Shown here: piece by piece, positions 28,214 through 38,824 of the stretch
Layout: each line of letters begins with the position of its first letter
How positions within the stretch are numbered: the first letter of the stretch is position 1
Source: Bacteroidota bacterium
Lineage (GTDB): Bacteria; Bacteroidota; Bacteroidia; UBA8524
Length of the DNA: 64,000 nt
Direction: 5' to 3'
NCBI GenBank assembly: GCA_016124735.1
Contig: WGMZ01000031.1
Span: forward strand, 121,992-185,991
Made by a program: the position numbers and the translations under genes
Notes under the pieces: generated by a model
Told to the model about the DNA's origin: nothing
Seen by the model: only the letters and a program-made list of their open reading frames with translations
Databases searched by the model: none

Positions 28214-31200
28214 TTACCTAACCAGGCTAATTGTGCCGCTTAGGTTCTTCCTTCCTCCATCGTCCAAATCTACTTTTAGCTGATAGATATAGGCTCCTGT
28301 GGGAAGAAGTTCACCACTGCGTTGGTCGGTACCATCCCAATGGAAATTCGGATCGCTCGATTCGTAAATCAATGCTCCCCAACGGTCATAAATCTTGATA
28401 TGCAGGGCATAGATCCCTGTTCCTGTTACAAAGAATTCGTCGTTTAATTTGTCATCATTTGGCGTGAATCCGCTGGGCACATAGCAGCTGAAGATTTCTC
28501 TTACCTGGTAAACGGCTTCTGCGGTATCCTTGCAGCCAAACTCTGATTCAACAAAATACAAAACAGTGTAATGACCGGTATCCGCGTAGCGATGGAATGG
28601 AGCAAAGAGCTGAGAATTTGCACCGTCTCCAAAGTCCCAGTAGTTTTTATAGGCGTGGGACGTTTTATTTACGATATGCGCTGTTGGCTCTAATATGGTG
28701 CTACTCTCAGGCTTAAAACTAATTTGTGCTACTGGTTTCGGATGTACCACAATCGGCACGTATTCGGAAGTATCGGTACAACCATAAATGCTGGTCACTA
28801 CCAAACGTGTTTGGAATGTTCCCGGTGCATCATACAAATGTGCACCATAGGGGTCGCTCTTACTTTCATAAACATTGGTCTCATATTCCCAGAACCAATT
28901 GCAGTATCCGCCCAAGGCGAAATAGTCTGAAGAGAAAAGCACTTCCATCGGCTGACATCCCGTATCAAGATCAACTGAGAAATGGGTGTCTGGCAATGGA
29001 GCCAGTCGAACACTAACCGTATCATAGGATGGGAAGGAACAATTGTCTGTTAAAGTGACGACATAATCTTCTGCCGTGTAGGTAATGACTGCCTTCTTAT
29101 TGCCGTTCCCCAAACCGTGGCTCCAGGTATATTGGTAATTGGTTGGAACTCCACCACTGGCATAGGCTTTCATTACGATGGGCCGGTCGGGACATATTAA
29201 TGTATCGCCCGTTGCTACCACTTTTAATGGAGTCGAAATCTTCACTTTCACCTCTGCGGTATCCCAGGGACTGCATCCATCACTGATCATTACACGGAAT
29301 GTGGAATCAATCAAAGGTTGGACATGCTGAACCGCTCCATTCCCAACATATTCCCAATGGTAGGAATAATTTCCAAGAAGTCCGCCCTTGCCAACTGCCT
29401 GAACCGTTGCAATGGCACCGTGACAAATCGTGGTATCGCTTGGAGTTGCAGAAACTTCCAATGGGTCTCTCAAAGTCACCTTGATTGTAGAAGAGTCGTT
29501 GATTACTGTGCAGTTATCCTGCAATCTCACCGAATAAGTCGATGAAGCTGCCGGAGTTACGCTGTAAGGAATATTTGCCGGAAGGGTGGTTTCTGTGGTT
29601 CCATCGCTCCATACAAACTCATAAGTTGGACTATTTCCGCCTGTTCCGTATGCACGCAGCAAGGCGGTGTTGCTCACGCAAATCGTTGTATCGGGACTCG
29701 TACTAATGCTCAATGGGTTTCGGAGACTTACTTTGAACGAATCATCTGTTGATAACAAGGTACAGTTATCTGTGAGTGTGACCGTATACGTCGTTTCCTG
29801 ACTTGGGGTAATTTTAATGACATTTCCGGGGCCAATATTTTTCCAGTTGAATGTATAGTGTAGAGAGTCGCCTCCCGATCCGTCAACATGGAGGTACATA
29901 CTTTCGCCCCGACATATTAAGGTGTCTGACTGAACTTTGAGGTTCAAGGGGAATCTCAGGCTGATATTGATGGATGTCGTATCCGTAAAATTGGTACAGG
30001 CATCCGATAATTTCACTTTATAGGTAGTTACCTGTTGAGTTGGCACAACATATACCGAATCCCTGGATGGAAGGTTATGGTCCCAGGTGAAGGTATATCC
30101 TCCGGAAAAGCCGCCCGTTCCCCAAACATTCAGTAATATTCCCTGGCCGTTACAAATGGTGGTATCAGTACGCGAGAAAATGCGCAGTGAGTCACGCCGA
30201 AAAGCCGTAAAATAAGCGGAATCTTTTTCATCCGAACATCCTCCATCATCTACTACCAATTTAAAAGTAATTGATGTATCCTGACTTGGCCAGGTAAAGG
30301 CACTGTCCGTCTTTACCAGATTGGTATCGACATACCAATTATAATGGTATTGAGAATCCAATCCTCCGGAAGTGAGTGCATAAATATTAACCGATTCACC
30401 GATGCAAAGGGTGGTGTCTGAGCGTGGATTTGCCTTGAGGTGGCCCCTTACATTGATTGTAACGATTGCCGTATCCCTGAGTATGGAGCAACTATCGTAT
30501 AAAACCGCCTTATAAGGAGTGGTTAGGCGCGGATTGACCAATACAGAGTCTCCATAATCTACCACCGAATTATCCAGGCTGTTAATCCAGGTATAATGGT
30601 ATTGTTTCGGTTTACCCCCCGTTGCTGTGGTCGTTAACCAAACCGATTCTCCCTGACAAATTGTTGTGTCCTGGCGTGGAATCAAACGAGGCTGAGAAAT
30701 GACCCGCATAGTCATGGTGTCCAGAAAATAGCAGGATGTTGCCGAGTCTACACTTCGAAGAATAAACGAATGTGTTGAATCCGGATAAATGCTTGGATCT
30801 ACCAGGGATGAATCGTTCAGAAAAATATCTGAAAACCAGGCGAAATCTATTCCGCCACTTGCATGCAGGGTTATTGTATCGCCGTAACACATGGAGTCAT
30901 CACTCCCCGCGTTGGTTGGAGGAACCCCTTTTATGGTCAAATTTGTCTCGAATGGATAACCTCTTACAGCAGGCGCTGTTCCACTTACCCTCAAACGATA
31001 GCCAGTTCCTTCCGGCGAAGTGAGTGGTAGGACCCCGGATAAAACCCCCGAGCCCGTATCCTTTATGGAGCCAATATTAACAGCATCAAAGAAAACACCT
31101 GTCCGGTTTGACAATTCGATATAAAACATATTCGTTGTGTCAAATACTTCATGTTTGGTATACCAAACCCTGATAGAGTCACCAGGGCAGGCTGTTTTTG

Positions 31201-32824
31201 GCGCAAACGAATCAATCTCAATATAATTCTCACGAATAGCCCATATAACCGGAGTATTGTATCCAAGGCCCGTCTCCCACGCAATCACATTGGTGTCGTT
31301 ATTAAAGTACAAGCCGATGGTATCACCTTCAACCGAAGTACCCCAGCTTTTGCTGTCTTTCCAATAAGTTGCTCCGGCATTATCCGTTGCCACCCCACCC
31401 CCATTGGTTTTTTCATTCCAATAGTACACGGTTCCGGTATGCAAACGGGTACCCGAACGGGCATTCCAGTCGCAGGAGCCATTCTTAGATATTTTTAACA
31501 GGAAAGCATCCGTTTGATAATAGCCGCCTCCCCAGGCTGTCGCCGAAAAAGGAGGCACATAAAACTGACAAATACTCGTCGAATCCGTTGTTCGGTCGAT
31601 CGTGCCGGATACAAATATTTTACCCGAATAATCGACATCCATGGAAGCGATGTTGATGCGTTGATTCAACCACCACCAGCCTGAAGGATTGCTGGTCGTT
31701 GTATTGTCACCAAAGCGTTTGACCCAATCTATAGTTCCATTGTTATTCAATCTGGAAACATATAAATCATCGAATCCAAGTCCTCCATTATTGGTGAACT
31801 TGGCGTTACCAAAACTATCTGCCCCTGACGATGATTGCATTTTACCTCCAACATAAATATACCCTTGCTCATCTACTGCCAAAGCAGAAGCGGTCGATCC
31901 CATTTGGGTCGCCCAAACCGGAGTACCATTGTTTGGAAATACCCTCATCACAAAGCCATTTTGATCGCTTTGTGTCGATCCGGCATAGAGCTTACCGCTC
32001 CCGGATTGAATGGTATTTGTAAAAGATCCCGAAACATACACGCGCCCGGTACGGTCAACTTTCACGTCTCCTCCCGCCGATTGCCAGGCTGATTGACCAT
32101 CTGCCGTAGCAATTCGCTTGCAGTAATAAGCGCTGCCATCTGTTGCTAACTTGAGTAAGAAAACACTCCAGCCCTGGCTGCTGCCAGAGATACCAGTATT
32201 TCCATATTGGAAATAGCCCTGAAACAATCCAGTAATATAAATATCGCCATTGGCGCTGCAAGTAATTCCGGTCGGGTAATCATTTGCATTTCCTCCAACA
32301 GTCATCGCCCAGTCCACGACGCCATCAGGTTTGATTTTCACCAGCCAAATATCTCCTTGCCCATAACTTCCAACTGTTTGACCCGCAATAGAAGTAACTC
32401 CATTGTAGGTCGATCCGATGATATAAGAATTCCCTGCTGTATCAATTGCAAGGGAAGTAGTCCACAGATACCCCGTCGCATCTATTGAAGTAGCCCATTG
32501 AGCAACTCCCTTTCGGTTGTACTTGGCCATGTATGGCGTAGCATATTGATTCGACCCTGCCTGGGCATAAACACTGTCTCCAAAATCAAGAGCCCCTGTT
32601 CCATAACCGGCATAACTGTACTGACTTCCTATTGAATAGACATTTCCGTACTCATCGCAAACCATATCACGAGAACCAGAGCCCCAGGTAGCTGTGCTCC
32701 AATAATGCGCGCCCTGTCCATCTACTTTGCTCCAATCGTATTTTTGGCCACTAACAGAGGCAACAGAAAATAGAAATAAAACAAGAACCGTTAATAACGA
32801 TTTCGAGTTTTGGTTTTGTCTCAT
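28214..32824 (-). CDS. large cell-surface adhesin-like protein with beta-propeller repeats, ~8 tandem SprB-type repeats, a PKD-like region and a T9SS type-B (gliding-motility-associated) CTD
   Basis: 1536 aa. Signal peptide. N-terminal repeated G..Y..G / DG..W motifs consistent with SBBP beta-propeller repeats. Eight ~85-aa repeats carry DTTIC.GES..L...GTGG...Y.Y.W. C-terminus matches the type-B CTD (FTPNDDKLNDEF...IYDRWGALIY...WDG...GAYIYQL). Confidence 0.75.
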   Translation of the reverse strand: MRQNQNSKSLLTVLVLFLFSVASVSGQKYDWSKVDGQGAHYWSTATWGSGSRDMVCDEYGNVYSIGSQYSYAGYGTGALDFGDSVYAQAGSNQYATPYMAKYNRKGVAQWATSIDATGYLWTTSLAIDTAGNSYIIGSTYNGVTSIAGQTVGSYGQGDIWLVKIKPDGVVDWAMTVGGNANDYPTGITCSANGDIYITGLFQGYFQYGNTGISGSSQGWSVFLLKLATDGSAYYCKRIATADGQSAWQSAGGDVKVDRTGRVYVSGSFTNTIQSGSGKLYAGSTQSDQNGFVMRVFPNNGTPVWATQMGSTASALAVDEQGYIYVGGKMQSSSGADSFGNAKFTNNGGLGFDDLYVSRLNNNGTIDWVKRFGDNTTTSNPSGWWWLNQRINIASMDVDYSGKIFVSGTIDRTTDSTSICQFYVPPFSATAWGGGYYQTDAFLLKISKNGSCDWNARSGTRLHTGTVYYWNEKTNGGGVATDNAGATYWKDSKSWGTSVEGDTIGLYFNNDTNVIAWETGLGYNTPVIWAIRENYIEIDSFAPKTACPGDSIRVWYTKHEVFDTTNMFYIELSNRTGVFFDAVNIGSIKDTGSGVLSGVLPLTSPEGTGYRLRVSGTAPAVRGYPFETNLTIKGVPPTNAGSDDSMCYGDTITLHASGGIDFAWFSDIFLNDSSLVDPSIYPDSTHSFILRSVDSATSCYFLDTMTMRVISQPRLIPRQDTTICQGESVWLTTTATGGKPKQYHYTWINSLDNSVVDYGDSVLVNPRLTTPYKAVLYDSCSILRDTAIVTINVRGHLKANPRSDTTLCIGESVNIYALTSGGLDSQYHYNWYVDTNLVKTDSAFTWPSQDTSITFKLVVDDGGCSDEKDSAYFTAFRRDSLRIFSRTDTTICNGQGILLNVWGTGGFSGGYTFTWDHNLPSRDSVYVVPTQQVTTYKVKLSDACTNFTDTTSINISLRFPLNLKVQSDTLICRGESMYLHVDGSGGDSLHYTFNWKNIGPGNVIKITPSQETTYTVTLTDNCTLLSTDDSFKVSLRNPLSISTSPDTTICVSNTALLRAYGTGGNSPTYEFVWSDGTTETTLPANIPYSVTPAASSTYSVRLQDNCTVINDSSTIKVTLRDPLEVSATPSDTTICHGAIATVQAVGKGGLLGNYSYHWEYVGNGAVQHVQPLIDSTFRVMISDGCSPWDTAEVKVKISTPLKVVATGDTLICPDRPIVMKAYASGGVPTNYQYTWSHGLGNGNKKAVITYTAEDYVVTLTDNCSFPSYDTVSVRLAPLPDTHFSVDLDTGCQPMEVLFSSDYFALGGYCNWFWEYETNVYESKSDPYGAHLYDAPGTFQTRLVVTSIYGCTDTSEYVPIVVHPKPVAQISFKPESSTILEPTAHIVNKTSHAYKNYWDFGDGANSQLFAPFHRYADTGHYTVLYFVESEFGCKDTAEAVYQVREIFSCYVPSGFTPNDDKLNDEFFVTGTGIYALHIKIYDRWGALIYESSDPNFHWDGTDQRSGELLPTGAYIYQLKVDLDDGGRKNLSGTISLVR

Positions 32825-32988
32825 GATATCTCAAAATTACTTTAATCGTTACAAATCAGGGAGATTTTCACAGATTTAATCGACTAAAATAGAGCTTGGT
32901 TTGAAGGAAAGATGTGTTTAGTTAACGAAACGTTGCCTACTGTTTAGGCATTTATCGAAACCCGAATGAATTTTACTATTTTCGACCA

Positions 32989-33438
32989 ATGAAGTATGCA
33001 ATTCTTTTGATGTCAACTTTGTTCATTAGTTCCTGCGCATTGCTTAAAAAAAAGCAGTGCACCGAAATTAATCTGGGTACCCCAAACGTTTTTATGACTC
33101 AGGTAACCCCTGATGCCGGGATGTATATTTTTAAAATCACAGAAGGAGAATTAAACCAAACTGAATTGCACTTAAATATTCAGATTGAAACGGGTGATAA
33201 AGATGCATTTATCATCAAAATGGGAGAAGAACCCAAAAGTAAAATGATCCATAAAGAGGCCTGGGTATGGAAACAGAAGGTGAACGAAGAAAAGATGGAG
33301 GTAAGTGCAACAGGACAGATTCAATTGGATTATGCAGGAAAAGTTTATTGCTTCAATCTAACTTATGAAGGCAGCTCTATGAAAATGCCCATGCCGGAAG
33401 GCGCGCCGCCAGAAGCACCTCGTGAGATGCCTCATTAA
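32989..33438 (+). CDS. hypothetical lipoprotein
   Basis: 149 aa. Lipobox LFISSC. No recognisable family. Confidence 0.45.
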   Translation: MKYAILLMSTLFISSCALLKKKQCTEINLGTPNVFMTQVTPDAGMYIFKITEGELNQTELHLNIQIETGDKDAFIIKMGEEPKSKMIHKEAWVWKQKVNEEKMEVSATGQIQLDYAGKVYCFNLTYEGSSMKMPMPEGAPPEAPREMPH

Positions 33439-34055
33439 TGCCTGAAGTAATCAAAAAGCAGATACGCAGCAATTCCGATAAAAACCATTCCAGTGATGCG
33501 GTTAACCCAAACCAGAATGGAATCATTGAGAAATTTTTTAATCCGGTGTGCAAGGAATGAGATCAACACTTCTGCCCCGAATATAGCAATCAGGCATCCG
33601 GCGAAAAAAATGACCAGATGCGATGTATCATAACCCCAGGTTCCTCTTGCCATGGCCGCAATGCCTGCCCAAAACAAAAAATTCACCGGATTCAGAATAT
33701 TTAAAAGGAAGCCATTACTCACGAATGAAAATAGAAACATGGCTTTTCCTAACTTACTTTCCGGGTAGCTTAATTGCTTCTGCTTTCCAAATAGTAAATT
33801 TAAACCCAGCGCAGTGAGCAGAATGACAGCCCCGGCATATATCCAGATATTTTTCTCTTCCGGATCCATGAAGGAAACCCCCAGTATGGCCAAACAAATG
33901 AAGATAAAGTCGGAAAAGACGACACCCGATGCAATCAACATCCCTTTTTTCCAACCGTGGGTAATGCTGTTTTGGATCAGCGAAAAAAAGACGGTACCGA
34001 GCATAAAACTCATCCCAAAACCAAATACCAGTCCTTTCCCCAGGGCATATATCAT
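33435..34055 (-). CDS. LysE/RhtB family amino-acid exporter
   Basis: 206 aa. Six predicted TM helices. Pattern typical of LysE-type translocators. Confidence 0.7.
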   Translation of the reverse strand: MIYALGKGLVFGFGMSFMLGTVFFSLIQNSITHGWKKGMLIASGVVFSDFIFICLAILGVSFMDPEEKNIWIYAGAVILLTALGLNLLFGKQKQLSYPESKLGKAMFLFSFVSNGFLLNILNPVNFLFWAGIAAMARGTWGYDTSHLVIFFAGCLIAIFGAEVLISFLAHRIKKFLNDSILVWVNRITGMVFIGIAAYLLFDYFRH

Positions 34056-34091
34056 GCGGCAAAATAAATCATTTTTACCTTTGGCCCATCT

Positions 34092-35447
34092 ATGACAGCT
34101 GTTTGGGTTGTAAGTGCATATCTGCTTTTACTTCTGGCAGGAAGTTTTCAGCATCGAAAGGGCAATGTCGACGCCGATTCATTCTTGCTCGCAGGAAGAC
34201 GGTTGACCCTTTTCCCCTTTGTTGCCACCATGGTGACCACCGCCTACGGATGGATCTTTGGGATTGGTGAGTTATATTACCAATATGGTATTAGCGCCTG
34301 GCTATTCTTAAGCCTCCCCTACACTATTTTCGCTGGAATCATGGCATTTTTTCTCTCCGGAAAAATCCGGAAAGAGCAAATTCACTCGGTACCCGAACTG
34401 CTCGAAAAATACTACGGGAAAGGCTTCGCAAAACTTGGATCTCTGGCGGTTTTGATCACCATTTCTCCTGCCATGTACGCCTTGATGTGTGCACAACTGC
34501 TCAGTTCCATTTTCCCGATCCCAATATGGATTTCCATCATGCTCGCCTTGTTCTTTTCTTCGGTCTATTTATACAATGGAGGATTGGCCGCATTGGCAAA
34601 AAAAGATGGATGGAAATTCATCCTGATGTTCGGAGGTTTTGCAGTTGCTTTAGGATATTTATTTATTCAATATGGACCATTGCCCTTAAAAGGAATGCCA
34701 GCCGGAAGTCTGAAATTCTCACTGCACGCTCACTTTTGGGAGGTGCTATCCTGGTTTATTCTGGCTAGTTTACTCTTTGCAGATCCGGGCTTCCATCAAC
34801 GGATTTATTCTACCCATAATGCAAGAACGGCGCAAGTCGGTCTCTTCATTTCCATTTTGTGCTGGACCTTTTTTGACTTCCTTGCCGGTTCTGTCGCTTT
34901 GTACGCACTGGGATTGATGCCCGAATTGGAGAATAGTGCATTTGTCTATTTAGCTCTTGCCACTTCCCAGTTACCGGAATGGATTGCAGCTCTGTTTATA
35001 CTGGGCTTACTCGCCACCATTATGTCAACCCTCGATAGCTTCCTGTTTCTTTCGGCACAAACTCTGATGTTGGATTTATTCAATAAGAAAACGGAAACGA
35101 AAAAGGAAATGCGAAAAGGACTTCTTTTAAGCAGTGTATTGACATTTCTCATACTTATTCCATACCAGCAAGAAAGCGCCGTGCGTATTTTCTACGACTT
35201 TACTCCGTATATCGTATGCATACTGGTGCCTCCGGTCTTGTCCATCTTTATTCCCTCAATCAAAATCCAATCCCGTCAGCTATGGGTGCAGGTGCTTGTT
35301 TCTATCCTTGTTTGTCTTATCTGGAATTGGGCATACAGCAACAATGACGAAGCGTTGAGTGCCGTTGTACCTGCCATTCTAGCAAGCATTGGTATACAGG
35401 CCTTCTTTTTGCTATATAATAAAAGCATGTCAGGAATGCAGAATTAG
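34092..35447 (+). CDS. sodium:solute symporter family transporter
   Basis: 451 aa polytopic membrane protein with an SSS-like N-terminal region (LLAGR.L..FPFVATMVTTAYGW). Confidence 0.65.
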   Translation: MTAVWVVSAYLLLLLAGSFQHRKGNVDADSFLLAGRRLTLFPFVATMVTTAYGWIFGIGELYYQYGISAWLFLSLPYTIFAGIMAFFLSGKIRKEQIHSVPELLEKYYGKGFAKLGSLAVLITISPAMYALMCAQLLSSIFPIPIWISIMLALFFSSVYLYNGGLAALAKKDGWKFILMFGGFAVALGYLFIQYGPLPLKGMPAGSLKFSLHAHFWEVLSWFILASLLFADPGFHQRIYSTHNARTAQVGLFISILCWTFFDFLAGSVALYALGLMPELENSAFVYLALATSQLPEWIAALFILGLLATIMSTLDSFLFLSAQTLMLDLFNKKTETKKEMRKGLLLSSVLTFLILIPYQQESAVRIFYDFTPYIVCILVPPVLSIFIPSIKIQSRQLWVQVLVSILVCLIWNWAYSNNDEALSAVVPAILASIGIQAFFLLYNKSMSGMQN

Positions 35448-35462
35448 TTTGATATTTGCACT

Positions 35463-35828
35463 GTGGATTCAAAACGACAGGAAAAATTTGCCCGATTAAT
35501 TCAAAAGGATCTGGGCGAGATCTTCCAGATGGTTTCCCATCGCTATTTCAATGGAGCCTTTATCACCATCAGAGAAGTAAAGGTGACTCCAGACCTCGGT
35601 CTGGCCAGGGTTTACCTCAGCTTCTTTCAGGTAGATGATAAAGAAGACATGCTGGAAAAGGTAGACATGCATGCTAAAGAAATCCGGCACGAATTGGCAC
35701 AACGCATTCGCCACCAGGTACGCAAAATTCCGGCCTTGGAATTTTTTGTGGATGATACACTCGATTACGCCCAGCACATGGAAGATGTTTTCAAAAAGCT
35801 TCGCGAAGAGGAGGGAAGCAAAGATTAA
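35463..35828 (+). CDS. rbfA: ribosome-binding factor A
   Basis: 121 aa. KH-like RbfA signature (RLIQKDLGEIF...TIREVKVTPDLGLARVYLS). Confidence 0.85.
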   Translation: MDSKRQEKFARLIQKDLGEIFQMVSHRYFNGAFITIREVKVTPDLGLARVYLSFFQVDDKEDMLEKVDMHAKEIRHELAQRIRHQVRKIPALEFFVDDTLDYAQHMEDVFKKLREEEGSKD

Positions 35829-35830
35829 TC

Positions 35831-36637
35831 ATGTTTTACGATCCGGTCAAAGATATGTTGGGCGGGATGTTTACCCGTCACCCTTTCCTGCGCAGAGTAT
35901 TTTATCGATTGCTTGACGCTTTGCTTTTGCGGTCCTGGCATATGCACCGCGAAATAAAAATCTGGTCGAAAGAGCATAAAAAAGCGACTCATATTCTTGA
36001 TGCCGGCTGCGGCTTCGGGCAGTACAGTTATTTCCTGCATAAGCTAAACCCTCGATACAGTATCCTGGGCCTCGATATCAAAGGCGATCTGGTTTGCCGA
36101 TGCAATTCCTTTTACCGGGAACGCAAAATCAGCAATGTGTATTTCAAAACCGGCGATATCAATCAATATAGGCAGGAATCCGCTTTCGATCTGGTTGTTT
36201 GTGCGGATGTTTTGGAATATGTGGAAGATGAAAACAAAGTCTTTAAAAATGTCTACGAAAGTCTGAAGGAAAACGGCATTTTCCTGATGTCGGTTCCAAC
36301 AGATGGAAAGACAATGATTAATATCCATCAATTTCGTTTTCGCGAAGAAGGAAATCAGTTGCACGATGGATACAATATGAGCGACTTAAAAATTCGTCTC
36401 AAAAAGGTGGGCTTTAAAAAAGTAAGAGCGCGCTATACTTACGGAAAGCCGGGACAAATATCCTGGATGCTTTCCACCAAGTGGCCGGTGGAACTCCTCC
36501 GGCTCTGGAAAGGCATGGTAGTCCTTCTCCCAATTTATTTTCTTCTTATCTTTCCGGTCTGTCTGATTTTAAATTTTATGGACACCCATATGGGCCATTT
36601 AACCGGAGCCGGATTGATTCTGAAAGGATATAAATGA
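35831..36637 (+). CDS. class I SAM-dependent methyltransferase
   Basis: 268 aa. Motif I ILDAGCGFGQYS and a post-I acidic residue. C-terminal TM segment. Confidence 0.7.
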   Translation: MFYDPVKDMLGGMFTRHPFLRRVFYRLLDALLLRSWHMHREIKIWSKEHKKATHILDAGCGFGQYSYFLHKLNPRYSILGLDIKGDLVCRCNSFYRERKISNVYFKTGDINQYRQESAFDLVVCADVLEYVEDENKVFKNVYESLKENGIFLMSVPTDGKTMINIHQFRFREEGNQLHDGYNMSDLKIRLKKVGFKKVRARYTYGKPGQISWMLSTKWPVELLRLWKGMVVLLPIYFLLIFPVCLILNFMDTHMGHLTGAGLILKGYK

Positions 36638-37860
36638 TATTAAGTCGTTTTATTGCCAGACGCTACCTGTTTTCAAAAAACAACCCAAATGCCATCAATA
36701 TCATCAGTGGCATTTCTGTTTTGGGCTTCACTGTTGGTGCCATGGCGCTGGTCACGGTTATGTCGGTATTCAATGGATTCGAATCGCTTGTCCATTCGCT
36801 TTACTCTGCCTTCGACCCTTCGATTAAAGTAGAAGCTAAATACGGCAAAGTTTTTCATGTAGACTCCATCCCTTTTTATCAAATTAAAAACCTTGATGGT
36901 GTGGATGAAGTAGCCCGGGTTTTAGAGGAAAACGTGGTGCTGCGCTATGATGAAAGGCAGGCAATTGCCACCATGAAAGGGGTAAGCAGGGAATTCGTGG
37001 ATGTAACCAGGCTCGACAGCATGATTTTCGAAGGACAACTTCTTCTTGAAAGCGGAACGCAGAATTTCGCCGTTGCCGGCATTGGCATTGCAACCCGCCT
37101 GGGTCTGTCGACCTACAATGACTTCACCCAATTGGCTATTTACATTCCCCGACGTGATGCAGGAATCACCATGAATCCGGAGAAAGCATTGAATCAGGCG
37201 TTTTTGCGCCCCAGCGGAGTTTTTAGCATCGACGACGATATCAATAATAAATACGTGATTGTTCCATTGCGTTTGGCGCAGGATTTACTCAGCTATGGAG
37301 ATGAAGTCAGCGCCCTGGAGATCAAAGTGAAAGATGGATATCGGGTAGACGAAGTGCAGGAAGAATTAAAACATTTACTGGGCGACGACTTCTACGTTAA
37401 AAATCAAGAAGAACAGGAGGCGAATCTTTATAAAGTGTTCCGATATGAAAAATGGGCGACCGCTCTTATCATGGTATTCATTCTAATATTGCTCACGTTC
37501 ACGGTTGTATCCTCTCTTAGCATGCTCGTGATGGAAAAAAGAAAAGACATTGCGGTGCTCCGTTCCATGGGAGCCAGAGATCGATTTATTCGCGCAATTT
37601 TTATTCGCGAAGGACTGATGATTGCACTCAGCGGAGGAGTTATTGGACTCCTACTCGGGTTCGCCATTTGCTACTTGCAACAAACGTATGGAATCATTGG
37701 TTTCGGCGGACTCGGTACTTTTATCGTGAACGCTTATCCAGTTCAATTGAATCCCTGGGACTTTTTGGTGACCTTTCTCTTTATTCTGCTTCTTGGATTC
37801 GCTACTTCCTTTTTCCCTGCAAGAAAAGCGGCACGCCTGGATTCACGTATGGAGTATTGA
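36634..37860 (+). CDS. FtsX-like ABC transporter permease (LolE/DUF214 type)
   Basis: 408 aa. An N-terminal TM helix, a large periplasmic domain and three C-terminal TM helices. Conserved rbfA-linked synteny in Bacteroidota. Confidence 0.8.
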   Translation: MILSRFIARRYLFSKNNPNAINIISGISVLGFTVGAMALVTVMSVFNGFESLVHSLYSAFDPSIKVEAKYGKVFHVDSIPFYQIKNLDGVDEVARVLEENVVLRYDERQAIATMKGVSREFVDVTRLDSMIFEGQLLLESGTQNFAVAGIGIATRLGLSTYNDFTQLAIYIPRRDAGITMNPEKALNQAFLRPSGVFSIDDDINNKYVIVPLRLAQDLLSYGDEVSALEIKVKDGYRVDEVQEELKHLLGDDFYVKNQEEQEANLYKVFRYEKWATALIMVFILILLTFTVVSSLSMLVMEKRKDIAVLRSMGARDRFIRAIFIREGLMIALSGGVIGLLLGFAICYLQQTYGIIGFGGLGTFIVNAYPVQLNPWDFLVTFLFILLLGFATSFFPARKAARLDSRMEY

Positions 37861-38017
37861 GAAGAAAATCCGGTTCTTGCATCCACCTGCTCAAACTGAC
37901 TACTGCTCTTGAACGTTAACAAAAGTGAGAGATTGGGCCATTAGATGAGTGACTATATGAATTCTTTGGTCTATCGTCCATGAACAATCTACTGTCGGAG
38001 GTCGACCAAACAAAGGA

Positions 38018-38698
38018 CTAATCTTTTTCCCAGACCCGGCAATCTGATCCGGCTTTCTTCCAGATCATCCAATGCTTTTTATGAGCCAGATGAATCATTC
38101 TTTTCCTTAAAAGCTTCGGGTAGAAAATTCTGCACCAGGTTCCCCGACGCGAAAAGGGTTCAAGCACTCCAATCTCTGCAAGTATATCGTAGCTTGCCGC
38201 GGCGCAGCGCATTCCTAAAAAGGCATAATCGTAGGGGCAGTTTTCAGGGTATCGCTTCACAATACTATCCAATCTGTGACTTTGAGCTGAATCGAGCGGA
38301 ACCAGAATGGTCATGACTTTAAGTGAAGCGGAATCCGACTGTTTAAAGGTATGCCAGAACGCTTTCATGCTCCTTAAGGAATATGCACTATGCGGACATC
38401 TTTGCCTTTCGATGTAATGAAACTTCCCTTTTGGCGCAAAATCGATCACCTTCCCGGTATCGTATTCAATTCCCACATGTCCGCCATGAATCCCGCCAAA
38501 CCACTTTGGTTCTTGTTTGCATCCATTTTTTGGTCTTGATCCATAAATGAAATGCACCTTAATCCAGGAGGTGTCCTGAGCTAAAGAACCCGTATGCGAG
38601 ATTAATAGGAAGAAAGATACATAAGCCACTAATTTCCGAAAGGAAAGACGCGTCAATCCGTGGATAGTCTTGGCAAAACTCGGTTGTGGTCGTATCAT
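38018..38698 (-). CDS. hypothetical secreted protein
   Basis: 226 aa. N-terminal hydrophobic signal-like segment. Several Cys/His residues. No family recognised. Confidence 0.4.
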   Translation of the reverse strand: MIRPQPSFAKTIHGLTRLSFRKLVAYVSFFLLISHTGSLAQDTSWIKVHFIYGSRPKNGCKQEPKWFGGIHGGHVGIEYDTGKVIDFAPKGKFHYIERQRCPHSAYSLRSMKAFWHTFKQSDSASLKVMTILVPLDSAQSHRLDSIVKRYPENCPYDYAFLGMRCAAASYDILAEIGVLEPFSRRGTWCRIFYPKLLRKRMIHLAHKKHWMIWKKAGSDCRVWEKD

Positions 38699-38824
38699 GT
38701 ATGCTTGAGAGTGAATGTTTTACACGGTATAATAACTGAACAAATCGCATGCCGCTGTCGAACACATTCTACACGACAATTCTAACCCACGCATGAATTC
38801 GGAATGATTATTTTTGTCCGCATG

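Noticed and set aside
28724-32488. Numerous short plus-strand ORFs across 28.7-32.5 kb
   Set aside because: All fall inside the 1536-aa minus-strand adhesin gene, whose repeat architecture and CTD give it clear priority.
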